This document shows, in pieces, positions 52,505-64,000 of a stretch of DNA of 64,000 nt. The position numbers and the translations under genes were made by a program. The notes beneath the pieces are model-generated. The model made no database searches. It was given only the letters and a program-made list of their open reading frames with translations, and was not told the origin of the DNA. The DNA lies in NCBI GenBank assembly GCA_024679065.1, contig JAGIQG010000005.1, positions 82,336,001 to 82,400,000 of the forward strand, given 5' to 3'. Within the stretch, counting starts at the first letter, position 1. Each line of letters begins with the position of its first letter. This DNA is from Sphyrna mokarran (Eukaryota).

Positions 52505-52710
52505 GAAACAGAAAATAGAAGAAGCAGGCATTCGGTTAATCCCGCCTGCTGTACTATTCATTATGATCATGGCTGATCATCCACTCAAAAGTCTGATCTC
52601 ACCTTTGATTCTCTTCGCTCCAAGAGCTATATCCGACTGCTTTTTTTTTGAAAAATACAATGTTTTTGTCTCAACTCTTTTCTGTGATAACGAATTTCAC
52701 GGGCTTCTCC
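52505..52710 (-). mobile_element. CR1 3' tail fragment in osr1 intron 1
   Basis: AGAAACAGAAAATAGAAG...ATTATGATCATGGCTGATC is similar to 5977-6070 and 7164-7300. Confidence 0.65.
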
Positions 52711-53552
52711 ATCTACTCCTGTTGTAACGTTGCTGGGACTTGGTATAGGGACGGGGGCTGAGTGACTATTAATGTTATAAAAATTATATTTTTTCTGCCC
52801 TTGTACGTGACAAGTTCAGTGCCCTTTATACTTGCAAAATTATTATGTTCCTTTTATAAGACAGACGAGTTTTTTTAAGTACAATCCACACTCTATATCT
52901 CAGTAATTAAGGGACTTTCACTGTAACTTCATTGCAGTGTTAATGTAAGCCTAATTGTGACACTAATAAATGCACTTTAAACTTAAAACATTGGGAGAGA
53001 TCGAGTTATTCCCGCCAATTCTAAACAAGAAATGCATCATTCAATCTCATTGCGGAGAAACTTGCCCCAATCTTTCTAACTGTCGTCACGTTTATTAATA
53101 GCTCTCGTTAAGCTGAAAGTTGTACATTGATTAATTTGATCCAATTTTAAGGTCACAGCGAGCGGAGCATTTAGTTGCCTTCTACAGTTCTCCCACCAAG
53201 GGTTAATAAGCAATGTTGTAGGTGGCGGTGAGTTGAACCACTCTTTATTGGCACGGATGCTTATGCCGTGAGACATGGAAATGATAGCTCAGAAAGAAGG
53301 TACAGGTTTGTGTTTGGAAAATATGTTTACGCTTAATTAATACGACACTAGCTTGCTGAACTGTTGTATTGTGCACGAATGCCATATTCCCGAGGTACAT
53401 GTTTTTGAAGTGAAACTTCTCTTTGCCATATTTGAGAACCGGTTGAATTTTTGCTAAGAATGAACGTGGCGTCGTCACTCACTGCATACCTTTTGCTTTT
53501 ACACCAAGGTTTCTGCAAGTTGGCAAGAGCTCCTGCAACCCAAGTGAGCGCC

Positions 53553-54196
53553 ATGGGCAGTAAGACTATTCCGGCTCCAGTGCCTATCCATCCGTCGCTA
53601 CAGTTAGCAAACTATGCATTCCTCCAAGCTTCCAACGGCATCCCCACTCCTTCCGACCAGCTGCACAACCTCTACGGCTTCAGCACGCTCCACACGGTCC
53701 ATCTGCATCAGTGGACCCTGGGTTATCCTCCGATGCCTTTGCCCCGATCTTCCTTCTCCAAAGTACCCGCTGTTTCCGCACTGGTGGACACTCGCTTCCA
53801 GCTCCCCACAATCCCCATCTTCCCCCATGTTTTCCAGCCCAAACAAGAGTCCAGCGGCATTCCGAACAAGACGAGACCCAGGTTCGACTTCGCCAATTTG
53901 GCCATTGCGGCTACCCAGGAGGACCACCCTAAGCGCGGACAGATAGACGGACAGTGCTCTCCTTCAGCCATCGGTTCCCTGCTCGATGCCACCAAGTTGT
54001 CGCCGGAGAGGAAACCCACAAGGGGAAGACTGCCATCCAAAACCAAAAAAGAATTTGTCTGTAAATTCTGCGGGAGGCACTTTACCAAATCATACAATCT
54101 TTTAATACACGAACGGACCCACACCGACGAACGCCCCTACACGTGTGACATTTGTCATAAAGCATTTAGGAGGCAAGATCATCTTCGTGACCACAG
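53553..54196 (+). CDS. osr1: Odd-skipped related 1, first coding exon (N-terminus, ZF1 and most of ZF2)
   Basis: [18 protein letters not shown]...RFDFANLA...[60 protein letters not shown] closely matches vertebrate OSR1 (EFVC, versus EFIC in OSR2). Strong Kozak GCCATGG; phase-2 donor AG|GTAAGA. Confidence 0.97.
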
Positions 54197-54513
54197 GTAA
54201 GAGGATACTTCTTTACCTCCCAACCCTCTGTACTTACACACTTTGATCTCTTTCATTTCAACTGCGTTGCGTTAATGTTTGCTCATGACAGGATCTGGCT
54301 GTTTACAGTCTCGACTCTAACTGCAGGGAATCTGAATCAAATCCAGGAGAATGACAGTTGGTTCTCATGACTTCCAAAGAGTCGAGACTGATATTTAAAT
54401 CGTGCGAGAAGTTATTCGTGAAAACATTCAGATGAATGGCTTGCCTAGTGAGTTTATGATATTGGTTATAATGGTCCATAGCAACAGCGGCTAAGAAACT
54501 CGGTTGCGTTTGA

Positions 54514-54693
<180 letters not shown>

Positions 54694-55036
54694 ACATGAA
54701 ATCGGCAAATGGGACTCAAAAGTGGAGCATTGAGGAAAGCCGAGAATGCAGACAGACCTTCACATTTAGAAACAGCACAAAACTATATCCATTCCGCTGC
54801 TGTTTTTTTTTTCTGTTATTTTATTCCAATACAGTTTTTTTTTCTGCGGGATTCTGCTTTGGGGGAAGACCTGTGTCGTTTTCTAAGTCTGAGCAACAGC
54901 AAAACAAAAAAAAATCCATGGTTTCGGTAGATTGCCTTTTGACTGGAGGGCGGTTTGAACTGTTGTCACCGTCCCTGATGTCCTCCGCCGTGGACGTGGA
55001 GTTGGAAGATGATGTTCTGTCTTCTGTGTTTAATAG

Positions 55037-55187
55037 GCATCTTCGCAACCCGTGGCAAAATGTTTAATTAGAGGGACAACCTGAAAACTCAGCTCCTCAC
55101 TCACTGACAGGAAACCTCGCTACTGCCCCTCAGCGTGTCAAGCTTCTCCGGAGAAACGGTGACCTGAGGTGCCACAGCCTCACCCAC
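55037..55187 (+). pseudogene. Pseudo-exon: decayed zinc fingers 4 and 5 homologous to the OSR2 terminal exon, within the osr1 3' UTR
   Basis: Across three frames it reads TRGKMFN*RDNLKTQLLTH / TDRKPRYCP / QRVKLLRRNGDLRCHSLTH, versus recalled OSR2 [47 protein letters not shown]. It is preceded by the acceptor TTCTGTCTTCTGTGTTTAATAG. Confidence 0.88.
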
Positions 55188-55821
55188 CATCTCAGAAACA
55201 ACCCTGATCTCCAAAGCGCTGCAGCATGCGGATGGAGACTTTTAGCTGAGTTTATTAGGTCTGTTTTTTCCCCCCAAAACTTTAGAGTATGGGATGGAAT
55301 AATTACCAAATCGCAGCTAAAGACCAAAGAAAGAGAGAGAGAAGAAAATGAAGACTTTTGTGATATTTGAATGAATGAGGAAAATCTCTGACTGAGGATT
55401 GAGGGCAGGTTTCACCTCTTGTGTCTGGGGACTAGAAAGACATGAGTAATGTTACAGTCTGATCGGGAGCTGAGCCCCAACACTTCAGCTTCCTGAGGTG
55501 AAATTTTATCATGGCAAATTAAAAAAAAAGCGCATTAATAAACCGCGGCTAGATGGAAAACTGCACTCCAGCTTGTGAACTGCATCGCTTGAAATACTGC
55601 AGTGGCCTGAACTGAGTGCTAAACCAGAGTGGCAGATTGTCCGTTAAGAAACAAAAGCAGAACAAAGGACAAATACACAGTCATGCAATATAAAAACACT
55701 CGAAACTACATTCCAATCGGCGGGGGTTTTAAACAAATAGTTCTCTGTAAATGTTTTGGCACTTTAAGCTGTTTTTTTTAACTATTTCCATGTATCACTG
55801 GATTTCTAATCTTTTTAAACG

Positions 55822-55827
55822 AATAAA
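55822..55827 (+). terminator. Candidate osr1 polyadenylation signal (AATAAA)
   Basis: AATAAA after an AU-rich UTR-like stretch. Alternatives are at 55537-55542 and 55943-55948. Confidence 0.45.
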
Positions 55828-57744
55828 TTGCCATTTTTAGGCAGTGCGCAGACCATTCCTTTATTGCAATACAAATAAGTTTTCTTTTATTTGAGGCGAG
55901 AGCATGTTCCACTTCTATCTTCATCAGAGGGTCGAGCGATTTAATAAACGCATCAAATACGGCAAATATATTCACAAATCCAAACCTACCCTCTTTACAA
56001 AGAGACCCAATACGACATGTGGACCGCTTTCTGACATCTCCCTCACCCATTTCGCCTATCTTTATATGTACAAAACATGTAAAGATATTTATGGGTACTT
56101 TAAAATATCTCTTAGGCTTTATTGAAGGGTAATTGCTTAGGAGCTGGCCTTTTCTATGTGGGTTCGGCTCACTCGCTGAAGGGGGAAAATATTGTACTTC
56201 ACATGAACGCGTTTGTGTTCTCCCTACAACAAATTTCCGGTCACCGATTTGAACACTGGCTAGACTAGGTGGGTCGGTCCGAATGGCCGTGGAAAGATTA
56301 GGGCGAGGCACTAAAGTCGACACTTAGGAAAGAGCTTTTGAATTCTTTCCTCACATCCATAAATGTAGCTCACAAACAGGCTTTGAACACCGGCTAACTG
56401 GTACTGATCTGAGCTTCAGGAACCTGTAGTGCACATTTGAAAAAAATAATTGCCCCGTTGCTGCAATGTTTTGTACTTTTGTTCTTTAGCTTAGGTTTTA
56501 AAAGCAACTCCTGTCCAACTGTTCTTGTCTCCTTTCCATTCACGTTAAAACAAAACCATTTCCTTTTTTGTTTACTAGAGCAATTCAATGAAAGGAATCC
56601 AGGCGCGATGGATTATGTCTGTCGGAAATGTTTTGAAGTTATTTTCAATGGGAATTTATTTGGTTTCTATATAATGGTGACGATCACATTATCATTGCAA
56701 AGTTACTTTGCTGTTATAAATAAAAAAAAACAATTTTTAACCGCGTGCTCACATTGTAACATTTTGGATAAAGTGGAGTTTGTTCTTCGTTTGTACCTGC
56801 CCACTGCAGTGTCCGAGCGGGATCAATCTCCTCCGACAGGCAACTTCCCGGGAACCAGTTATCCGATTCTTGGGATCAGCGACAAGCCTACTCTGAAGCC
56901 TCCTGACACATTCACAAAAACCACACGAACAAACTATACAGGGTCCTGCACATTTGAAGAAAAAATTGTCCCCCAGTTGCTGCAATGTTTTATTTTGCAG
57001 AGCCTTTGCAGGAGCCCGGAATTATTTTCTTCTGCTCCAACTACTGGACTGCCATAATCAGCTTCGAACCAGTAGCTGGAGTGAAGGTTCCTTGAAGAGT
57101 CTGCGCTCAAAACTCTTGACTTGTCTGGAATTCTTATTTTTTGCACAGGTGTATGTTTCCAGCACATGCTATTTCTGTTTCAGATTTCCAGCATCCACAG
57201 AACTTTCTAAATTTACTATGTAGGTCTTTATTCATACTGTCCGGCTAGAAATCTAGTTCCAAGGCTCTGCAGAGAACACCTCCACTAATAAATCAATATT
57301 TAGAAAAGAATTAAGCACGGTTTTTGTACATTTAGACGACCTGCGGGTGTAGATTGAAAACCAAAGGAGGCGTGGGTATTCCTGTTAATTACAGTTGACA
57401 CGGCATTGCCGATGCCCTCTTACGAAACCTTTTGCAATCAAAGTGATGAGATTATATACTTTAGGGAACCTCGTGTCAGATCACCCCACAATCCAGTCGG
57501 CGCTGCCTCCGGATTTATGGTCGAATGTTAACGAACGTTACCACTGGTACCCAGAGCATGACCCACTTTGACATTAAAGTTGCAGCATAGACATACGCTT
57601 AGTTGAAGAGTCAAGGCTCTTGGGTGCAGGATTACAGATGATTGAAAAGATTAGTCAATTCATAAAGTGGAAATGTGGAAATTAGAGCGTAAATGCTAAA
57701 AGTATATGGGGAAAATAGTCCAGCATTTTGGCATAGTTTTTTTT

Positions 57745-58010
57745 CATTTAGGAGACGTAGGCTTTGTTGGCTAGGCCAGAATTCATTGCCCATCCCTAAG
57801 TGTTCTTGAGAAAGTAGTGGTGAGCTACTTCCTTGAACCACTACATACAGTCCATGGTGTAGGTGTACCCATAGTGCAGGTAGGGAGGGAGCTCCAAGAT
57901 TTAGAGCAATATATTTCTAAATCAGGATGGTGTGTGGCTTGGAGGGAAATTTTCAAGTGGTGGTATTCCCATTTGTCTGCTGCCATTGTCCTTCTAGATG
58001 GTAGTGGCAA
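57745..58010 (-). mobile_element. LINE 3' end fragment (same family as 5283-5550)
   Basis: TTGGCTAGGCCAGAATTCATTGCCCATCCCTAA...GTGAGCTACTTCCTTGAACC aligns with 5300-5550; the minus strand reads SKSWSSLP. Confidence 0.7.
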
Positions 58011-60769
58011 AGACTTTGCCAGAACTGAAATGTTAACTTTCTTAGCTTGTCTCTTTTAACTTGCTGATTGATTTGCTCTGTATATCCAACATTTTTTTCA
58101 GTTTGGGTTCTTAAAGTTTTTAGATTATATAAAGTAATAGCAAAACTGCCTTTAATTAAAGTAATCAAGCTGTGCATTATTTGGACTTATCAAGGTGAAA
58201 AATGTCAGCTGTAGGCAATGATATTTTTATTCCCAAACTGGACACTGGATGCTGACACTGAGCATTCTTTGGAACTATAGTTGAGGCCAGATGCAGCTTA
58301 CTGTGTATTCTCTCCTCTAAGCAATGATTGAAATCCTATAATGAGAAAAAAAATCTTCTGCTACACCCAGTGCAATTTGTTTTTTTATTCCATTAGCAAT
58401 AATCTAAATATTATGTGTGAAATTACTAATTTACCTGGAAGATTACCTGGAAGATGTGTATCAACATCATGCAGTATGTAAAGTATCGTCCCTAAATACT
58501 GCACAATTTTGTTTTATGGACTTTGGCTCATCAGAATTAGTTTGCAACAGAATAAATTGGATTCAAGAAGGAATTTACAGCTAGGAAAAATAAAACTTTC
58601 CACATTTGGATGTGGATATGGATTTGAGTACATAGATTCGTGAGATCAAAGGGCAGCATTCAAACACATTGCACCACTCAACCCCCTTTCAGCCAACTTC
58701 TGATTTTCAACTCACTTAATGATAGCTTATATCACCAATTTATTTATTGAAAACTAGATTCTGATTGTGTGCCTTGGAGTAAATCAAGAGTTTCACCAAC
58801 TAATGGGATGCTATCCCTATTATACCATCATCTCATGAGATGTATTACAAAAGCATCAGTATATTCACACATATATAATTTAAGTTTAAATTGATATCAT
58901 TATATGATGATATGATTATTGTGTGAGTGATGATATTTGTTCTGCACTGTGTGGTATGTCTATGCATTATATTCTGTTCACTATTTGCGTACGTGTTGTG
59001 CCTTCTTTAAGTTGATCTCTATGTTGATTCCTATTTATGACTTATGTGGATTACAGTTCACTCAGGGAATCCAAGTTGCTGTGGCTGCGGGCACTTTTAC
59101 CTGAATGTTGTAGCTTGGAGTTATGGATAATGATGGTACAGGCTCCAAGCTTTTACCATCTCCCATTGGCGTGTTGGAAGATTTGCAGGTTGACACTCGA
59201 CCTTTTTGGCTGCATTATGAACACACCTTCTTTGCTCATCAAGTTCTGAGGTAGTACAAAACTTCATCCATTTACTATTCAGTATGTGTCATATACTGCT
59301 TACCATATACTAACTTCTCTTACTGTGGGTGCTTTATATCATTCAGCATATGCAGACTTGCCTGACTACAAAACTCTGCATTCTGTGTTAGATGGTGGCA
59401 GTTCAATCCTCACAATGAAGTTGACCATTTAACTAGTCTTACACTGAGCATGTATGTGCCATATTGTTAGAAACATAACGGGCAAGATTTTCTGGCCATA
59501 CTCGCCCCAAAACCGGGAAATCCCACCTGAGGTCAATGGACCTTTGCACGATCCTGTCCCGCCCACTATGATTCCTATGGCAGGTGGGACAGGAATATTT
59601 TAGGTGCATTATCTCATTCAATATCCTTTAACCAGCTGCCCCAAAACAAGTTAACTGATCATTAATCTCATTTGCTAATTGTGGAGCCTTGCAATGTGTA
59701 AATTAGTTGGATATTTCTCTACTTAACAACCATAATTATACATCAAAAGAAGCTTCTCCTCATTCTGAGAACATGAAAGTTAGCATATAGTGTGTTCTTT
59801 TCTATTGTAGGTTGTTTGCTGTGCTGTGTACTGTTTGCTATATACATGTTCCTCTGTCATTAGCTGTCTGCTGTGCAGAGTAAACTACACATTTTATTGT
59901 CTATTGTATATTATGTTCTGTGTGGTGTTTGCATCGAATCGCATATGGTTGTCTAACTGCTATATATTCCACGCTGCATGAAGTAAAAAGGACTAAAATG
60001 AATTAATGTCTGAAACAAGGTATTATCCAAGTAGCTATGATATGCCAGAATTAAGAGGACTTTGTGGCCTCATCTACATAAAATTGAACACCATTTGCAA
60101 GATTTCATTTTAATCTTCTCTTTAAAAAGATTTTCAGTTTCTTTGGGTTTTGCTTCAATTTTCCTGATATCATTTTAGAAAGGCTCATGCACCTTTTGCT
60201 TATCCTTGGTGCCTTTCCTAAAGAAGAAAATTATTCAGAGCTGGCTACAGCAGGGAGATTTTACACCTGTACACTCCTGATCCATTCTCAGCATGCAGGC
60301 AGGAAATTGCACCACCTAGCCCAAGATTTTTCATTCATTAATTTTAATAGATAGCAAATCTTTGACCAGAAATATAAAACCTCCCAATGTATTCTGCTCA
60401 AATGCAATAAAACCAAGCAAATAAGATAGACAGATAAAGACCATCTGGTTCATTTCATTCAGATATGTTGCAACAAAGCAATATGACCCTCTCTGTGCTT
60501 CACCCATGAGCAACCAACTATTCTCTTTGGAGAGAAATAAAAACACAATAAAAAATTAGGAAAAGAAAAGATTCCTAATATTTAACATAACTTGTCAACT
60601 AAGAAGTGCTGAGGCATAAAATCTTATTAATCCAATAGCAGCCTTATGTAGAGTCTAGATTTAGTATCATTTATTTGTTTTTGTGCTTATATACATATTT
60701 ATATAACCTGCGATCTTCCCCATTAACTTTAAAATATTTGGGTATCTGAATGACTATGTCCTTCTATTT

Positions 60770-61680
60770 CTATGTTCTTTTTAAAGCCTTGTCATTTAAC
60801 ATATATTTTCAGCAATCACTCTTCATCCCAAAGTATATCACTTCACATTTTCCTCATTTAATTTTGGCGAACAACTATTTGCCCAATCTATTAACCTGCT
60901 TAGCGGTATGTCTTCTTTACAGTTATCCACACTTTCTATTCGCATGGTTATTTGCAAAGTTAGATTTTGTGTTCTTTTCATCTATGTTCACATTGTTTAT
61001 ATATTTATTGAGCAAACCATCATCACTTAATGCTGACTCTTGGGGCACCACTATTTTCATCCTTCGATTCAGTGACACCCAGTAACCACTGGTCTCTGTT
61101 TGCTGCTCATTAGCTAACCTCTTAAAGATTTTTTATGTTTTAATTCTGTGGACCTTATTTTTATAATGAGCTTCTGAAGTGGTATTTTATCAAAGATTTC
61201 TTGAAAATACATTAATTTAGAATGTAAAATAAATTTATTATTGCATTCTGTTATTCCCTCCCATTAACAAAAATTATTTGTTATTAACTTTGTTGGACTT
61301 TTTTTTTCAAATTCACATCAGTGCATAATGATTCAGTTCTGCATTGTGTCATATGCATTCATTTACTAGAAATATTAAGATGGCTGTAGTTTCCTGGCAT
61401 ATCCTTTTCTGCCTTCTAGAATAGAGGGAATACACTGACAATCCTTTAATCATTTGGCCGTTTCACAAAATCATGATGAGAGCCTCAGCTATTTCTTTTC
61501 ACAATTCCTTCAGTATTTTAGGAAACATGCCATCAGAGCCCAGTGCCTGTTCCACATTGAGCTCTATCAATATTTTCAGTAATAATTCTATATTTTCAGT
61601 TATTCTTTTTATGTGTTTCATCATCTCCTCTTGTACCCTTTCATTCTGCCCTATTCAAATCTTATCACAAAGCTGATGTG
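60770..61680 (-). mobile_element. Highly degenerate CR1-like LINE fragment
   Basis: Antisense remnants such as CTCTTGGGGCACCAC (GxPQ) and TTTATCAAAGATTTCTTGAAAAT (DFxKxFDK-like). Confidence 0.55.
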
Positions 61681-62014
61681 ACATGTACTATTCTTGATAT
61701 TATTGCATCCTTTATAAGAAGTTTTATGCAACTGATCAAGCAAATACTTAATTAATTATTTACTTTCTGCATGTACATACTTTTACCTCTTGTTGTAATT
61801 ATTTTATTGATACAGGGAATGTCAAGTTAATTAACTCACCTTCACTTCTTGTATGAATATTCAATATTGTATATTGTATCTTCTTGTATGAATATGAATA
61901 TTCTTGTATGAATATGCATCAGTACCCATCCCCTCAACCACAATGCAAGCACATTCCTCCCACTCACCCCCACCAGGACTGTTGTCCCTACATAACAGGA
62001 ATGCCCCAATGTAC

Positions 62015-64000
62015 CAGAAATGTTGGGAACATTTAGCGAATGGAGGAATTGAAGAAATCAGTATAGAAATTATGTTGGAGAAATTGATGGGATTAAAGTC
62101 TGATAAGCCCTCAGGGCTTGATAATCTATATGCCTGAGTATTTAACAAATAAGTCCTGGTTGGACCTTGAAATAATGGATGCATTGGTGGAATAGTTCCT
62201 TCAGATTGAGGGTAGCTAATGTAAGCCGTTATTTAGAAAGGGTGGTAGAGAGAAAACCGGGAAATGTAGGCCAGTCAGTCTGCCATCAGAATGGGGAAAA
62301 TTCTAGAGTCCATTATTAAACATTTCATAACAGAGCACTTGGAAAGTAATGGCAACATTGGGCAGAGTTAGCATGAATTTAAGAAAGGAAAATCATGCTT
62401 GATAAATTTACTGGAATTCTTTAAGGATATAACCAGTAGGCTGGATTTCTCCTAAAAAAATTCTAAATCCCCAATTCATGTGAAAATGGGAGTAACTCCC
62501 TCTTTTTTTTAAGCAGGACTTTCAGATTGAATCTCCCATATTCTGTGCATCACAGAATTCCCCAGTGGTATTCCTTCTGAAAATCAATGGGTGGGCCCTC
62601 TTCTCACCTGAGAGGCTGGAAGCATAGTGCTGAGCAGACCACTGTACTTGTGCCAATCTGTCAGAGTGGAGATCAGCGCTTGTATAGTGTTAGCCTCCAC
62701 ATCACTGGCCAGCCCTGTAACCCCACCCCCATCGCTGGCCCTCCGGCTCCCCATTAGCTGGCCTCCCAGACTTCCCCATTCCATGACCAGTCCCAATCTC
62801 CTTTACCCCTCACCAGCTCAGGTTCGAACTCTATTCCTCGCCCCCAAGAGTCCTAACCAACCCCACACACCCCCCCCCCCCCCCCCCCCCCCCCCACCTA
62901 CCCACCTCCAGCAATCTCAACCCTCCACCTCCTAGCAGTCCCAACCGCTTGGCAGCCCTCATACCACCCCGTCACTAAGATGGCCAGTCATGATCACCGT
63001 CTTCTGTCTACCACCGAGCCACCAATCCCAAATGTAGAATGGCAGCATGTCCCCCCCACTGATTGCATTCCCCAATAGGCCTCCACCCACTCAATAGACC
63101 AACCCCTCTGACCACACCCCCTTGACACTGTCCAATAACCTGTGGGCAGTACCAGCAGATTAGGCTGGTATTGCCATGCTGGCATGGCCTGGGAACACCC
63201 CACTTATCCCTGACCTTCTGGAGGCCTTTATGACCTCTCTTCACTCCAGTGGGGTTGGACCATCTGTTCCCCTTTTAGTGGGGAACAGTTGTAAACCCTG
63301 CTGGGGTGAACCACTCCTGATGGGGGGTTTGGGGGGGGACAGATGGTAGCAGGCCCAGAGGCCTCAATCCCAGGCCTGCTAATCACATGAAAATCTGGGT
63401 TAGCACATTGTAATCAGCTTCACACTGATGTCTGGTGTTGAGCTGATTAACTGAAAATCTTTGCCATGGAGGCACACAGAGGCTGTGGCACCCAGAGCAA
63501 AGCTGACAAAATGGCGTCTGCTGATGTCTCCTGGCCTGTTGCCCTGTTCAAGCAGAGCAGCGGGCTGGAAGAATAAACCCTGACGAGTTAATGAGGGATA
63601 GCTAGTGGATGTGGTTTATTTGGACATTCAGAAGGCTTTCAATAAAGTCCCACATAAAAGATTAGTGTAAAAATATGGGATTGGGGGTCAGGTACCCTCA
63701 TGATTGGGGATTATGAGATGGATAGAAAACCAGTTGGCAGACAGGAAACAAAGAGCAGGTATAAACTGACCTTTTTCTGAATGGCAAGCAGTGACACGAG
63801 GGGTACTCCAGGGATTGGTGCTAGAACACAAACTATTCTCAGTATATATAAATGATTTAGATGAGGGAACTAGATATAATATCTCCAAAAACACAAAGTT
63901 GGGTGGGAGGGTGAACTTTGAGGAAGATGCTTCAGTGTGATTTGGAAAAGCTGAGTGAGCGAGCATATGCATGGCAGATGCAGTATAATGTGGATAAATG
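62015..64000 (+). mobile_element. CR1 LINE ORF2 (RT) fragment interrupted by 62439-63580
   Basis: Remnants LEKLMGLKSDKPSGLD, KGKSCLINLLEFF, DVVYLDIQKAFNKVPH, GVLQG and YINDLDEG, with stops and frameshifts. Confidence 0.9.
62439..63580 (+). mobile_element. GC-rich non-autonomous TIR element, family of 6071-7163
   Basis: Both ends align with 6071-7163 (TGAATCTCCCA...CTGTGCA at the left; CAGCGGGCTGGAAGAAT...CCC at the right). It contains a poly-C run at ~62870-62896. Confidence 0.7.

Noticed and set aside
53451-53552. ORF-track N-terminal extension of osr1 (MLRMNVASS...)
   Set aside because: It starts at a TTG and runs through a branch point and polypyrimidine tract, so 53451-53508 is most likely intron. 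The conserved start is the ATG at 53553.
55778-57057. 181-aa (minus) and 206-aa (plus) ORFs downstream of osr1
   Set aside because: They have non-ATG starts, no recognisable domains and random-like composition.

Overview
This window is vertebrate genomic DNA, most likely from a shark or other elasmobranch, judging by HE1/V-SINE, SacSINE1/Deu-SINE, CR1, L2 and Penelope repeats. It contains one supportable protein-coding gene, the C2H2 zinc-finger transcription factor osr1 (odd-skipped related 1), on the + strand. The gene has a probable first exon ending at 46580 and coding exons at 53553-54196 and 54558-54693 (259 aa, 3 fingers). It sits in a ~15 kb CpG-retaining, repeat-poor domain flanked by a repeat-rich gene desert. 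The most striking observation is a decayed fossil exon at 55037-55187 in the osr1 3' UTR that still encodes recognisable zinc fingers 4 and 5 of the five-finger Osr2-type protein. It has a remnant splice donor at 54658 and acceptors at 55036 and 55110. This suggests that the three-finger Osr1 C-terminus ([11 protein letters not shown]) is read-through into an ancestral intron. Other items of note are an in-frame upstream ATG and a uORF in exon 1, a ~270-bp inverted repeat pair, nested PIF/Harbinger-like non-autonomous elements, Penelope relics with eroded hammerhead motifs, and a minisatellite that arose inside an L2 fragment. Repeat boundaries and family names were assigned by eye and from recalled consensus sequences, so they are approximate.
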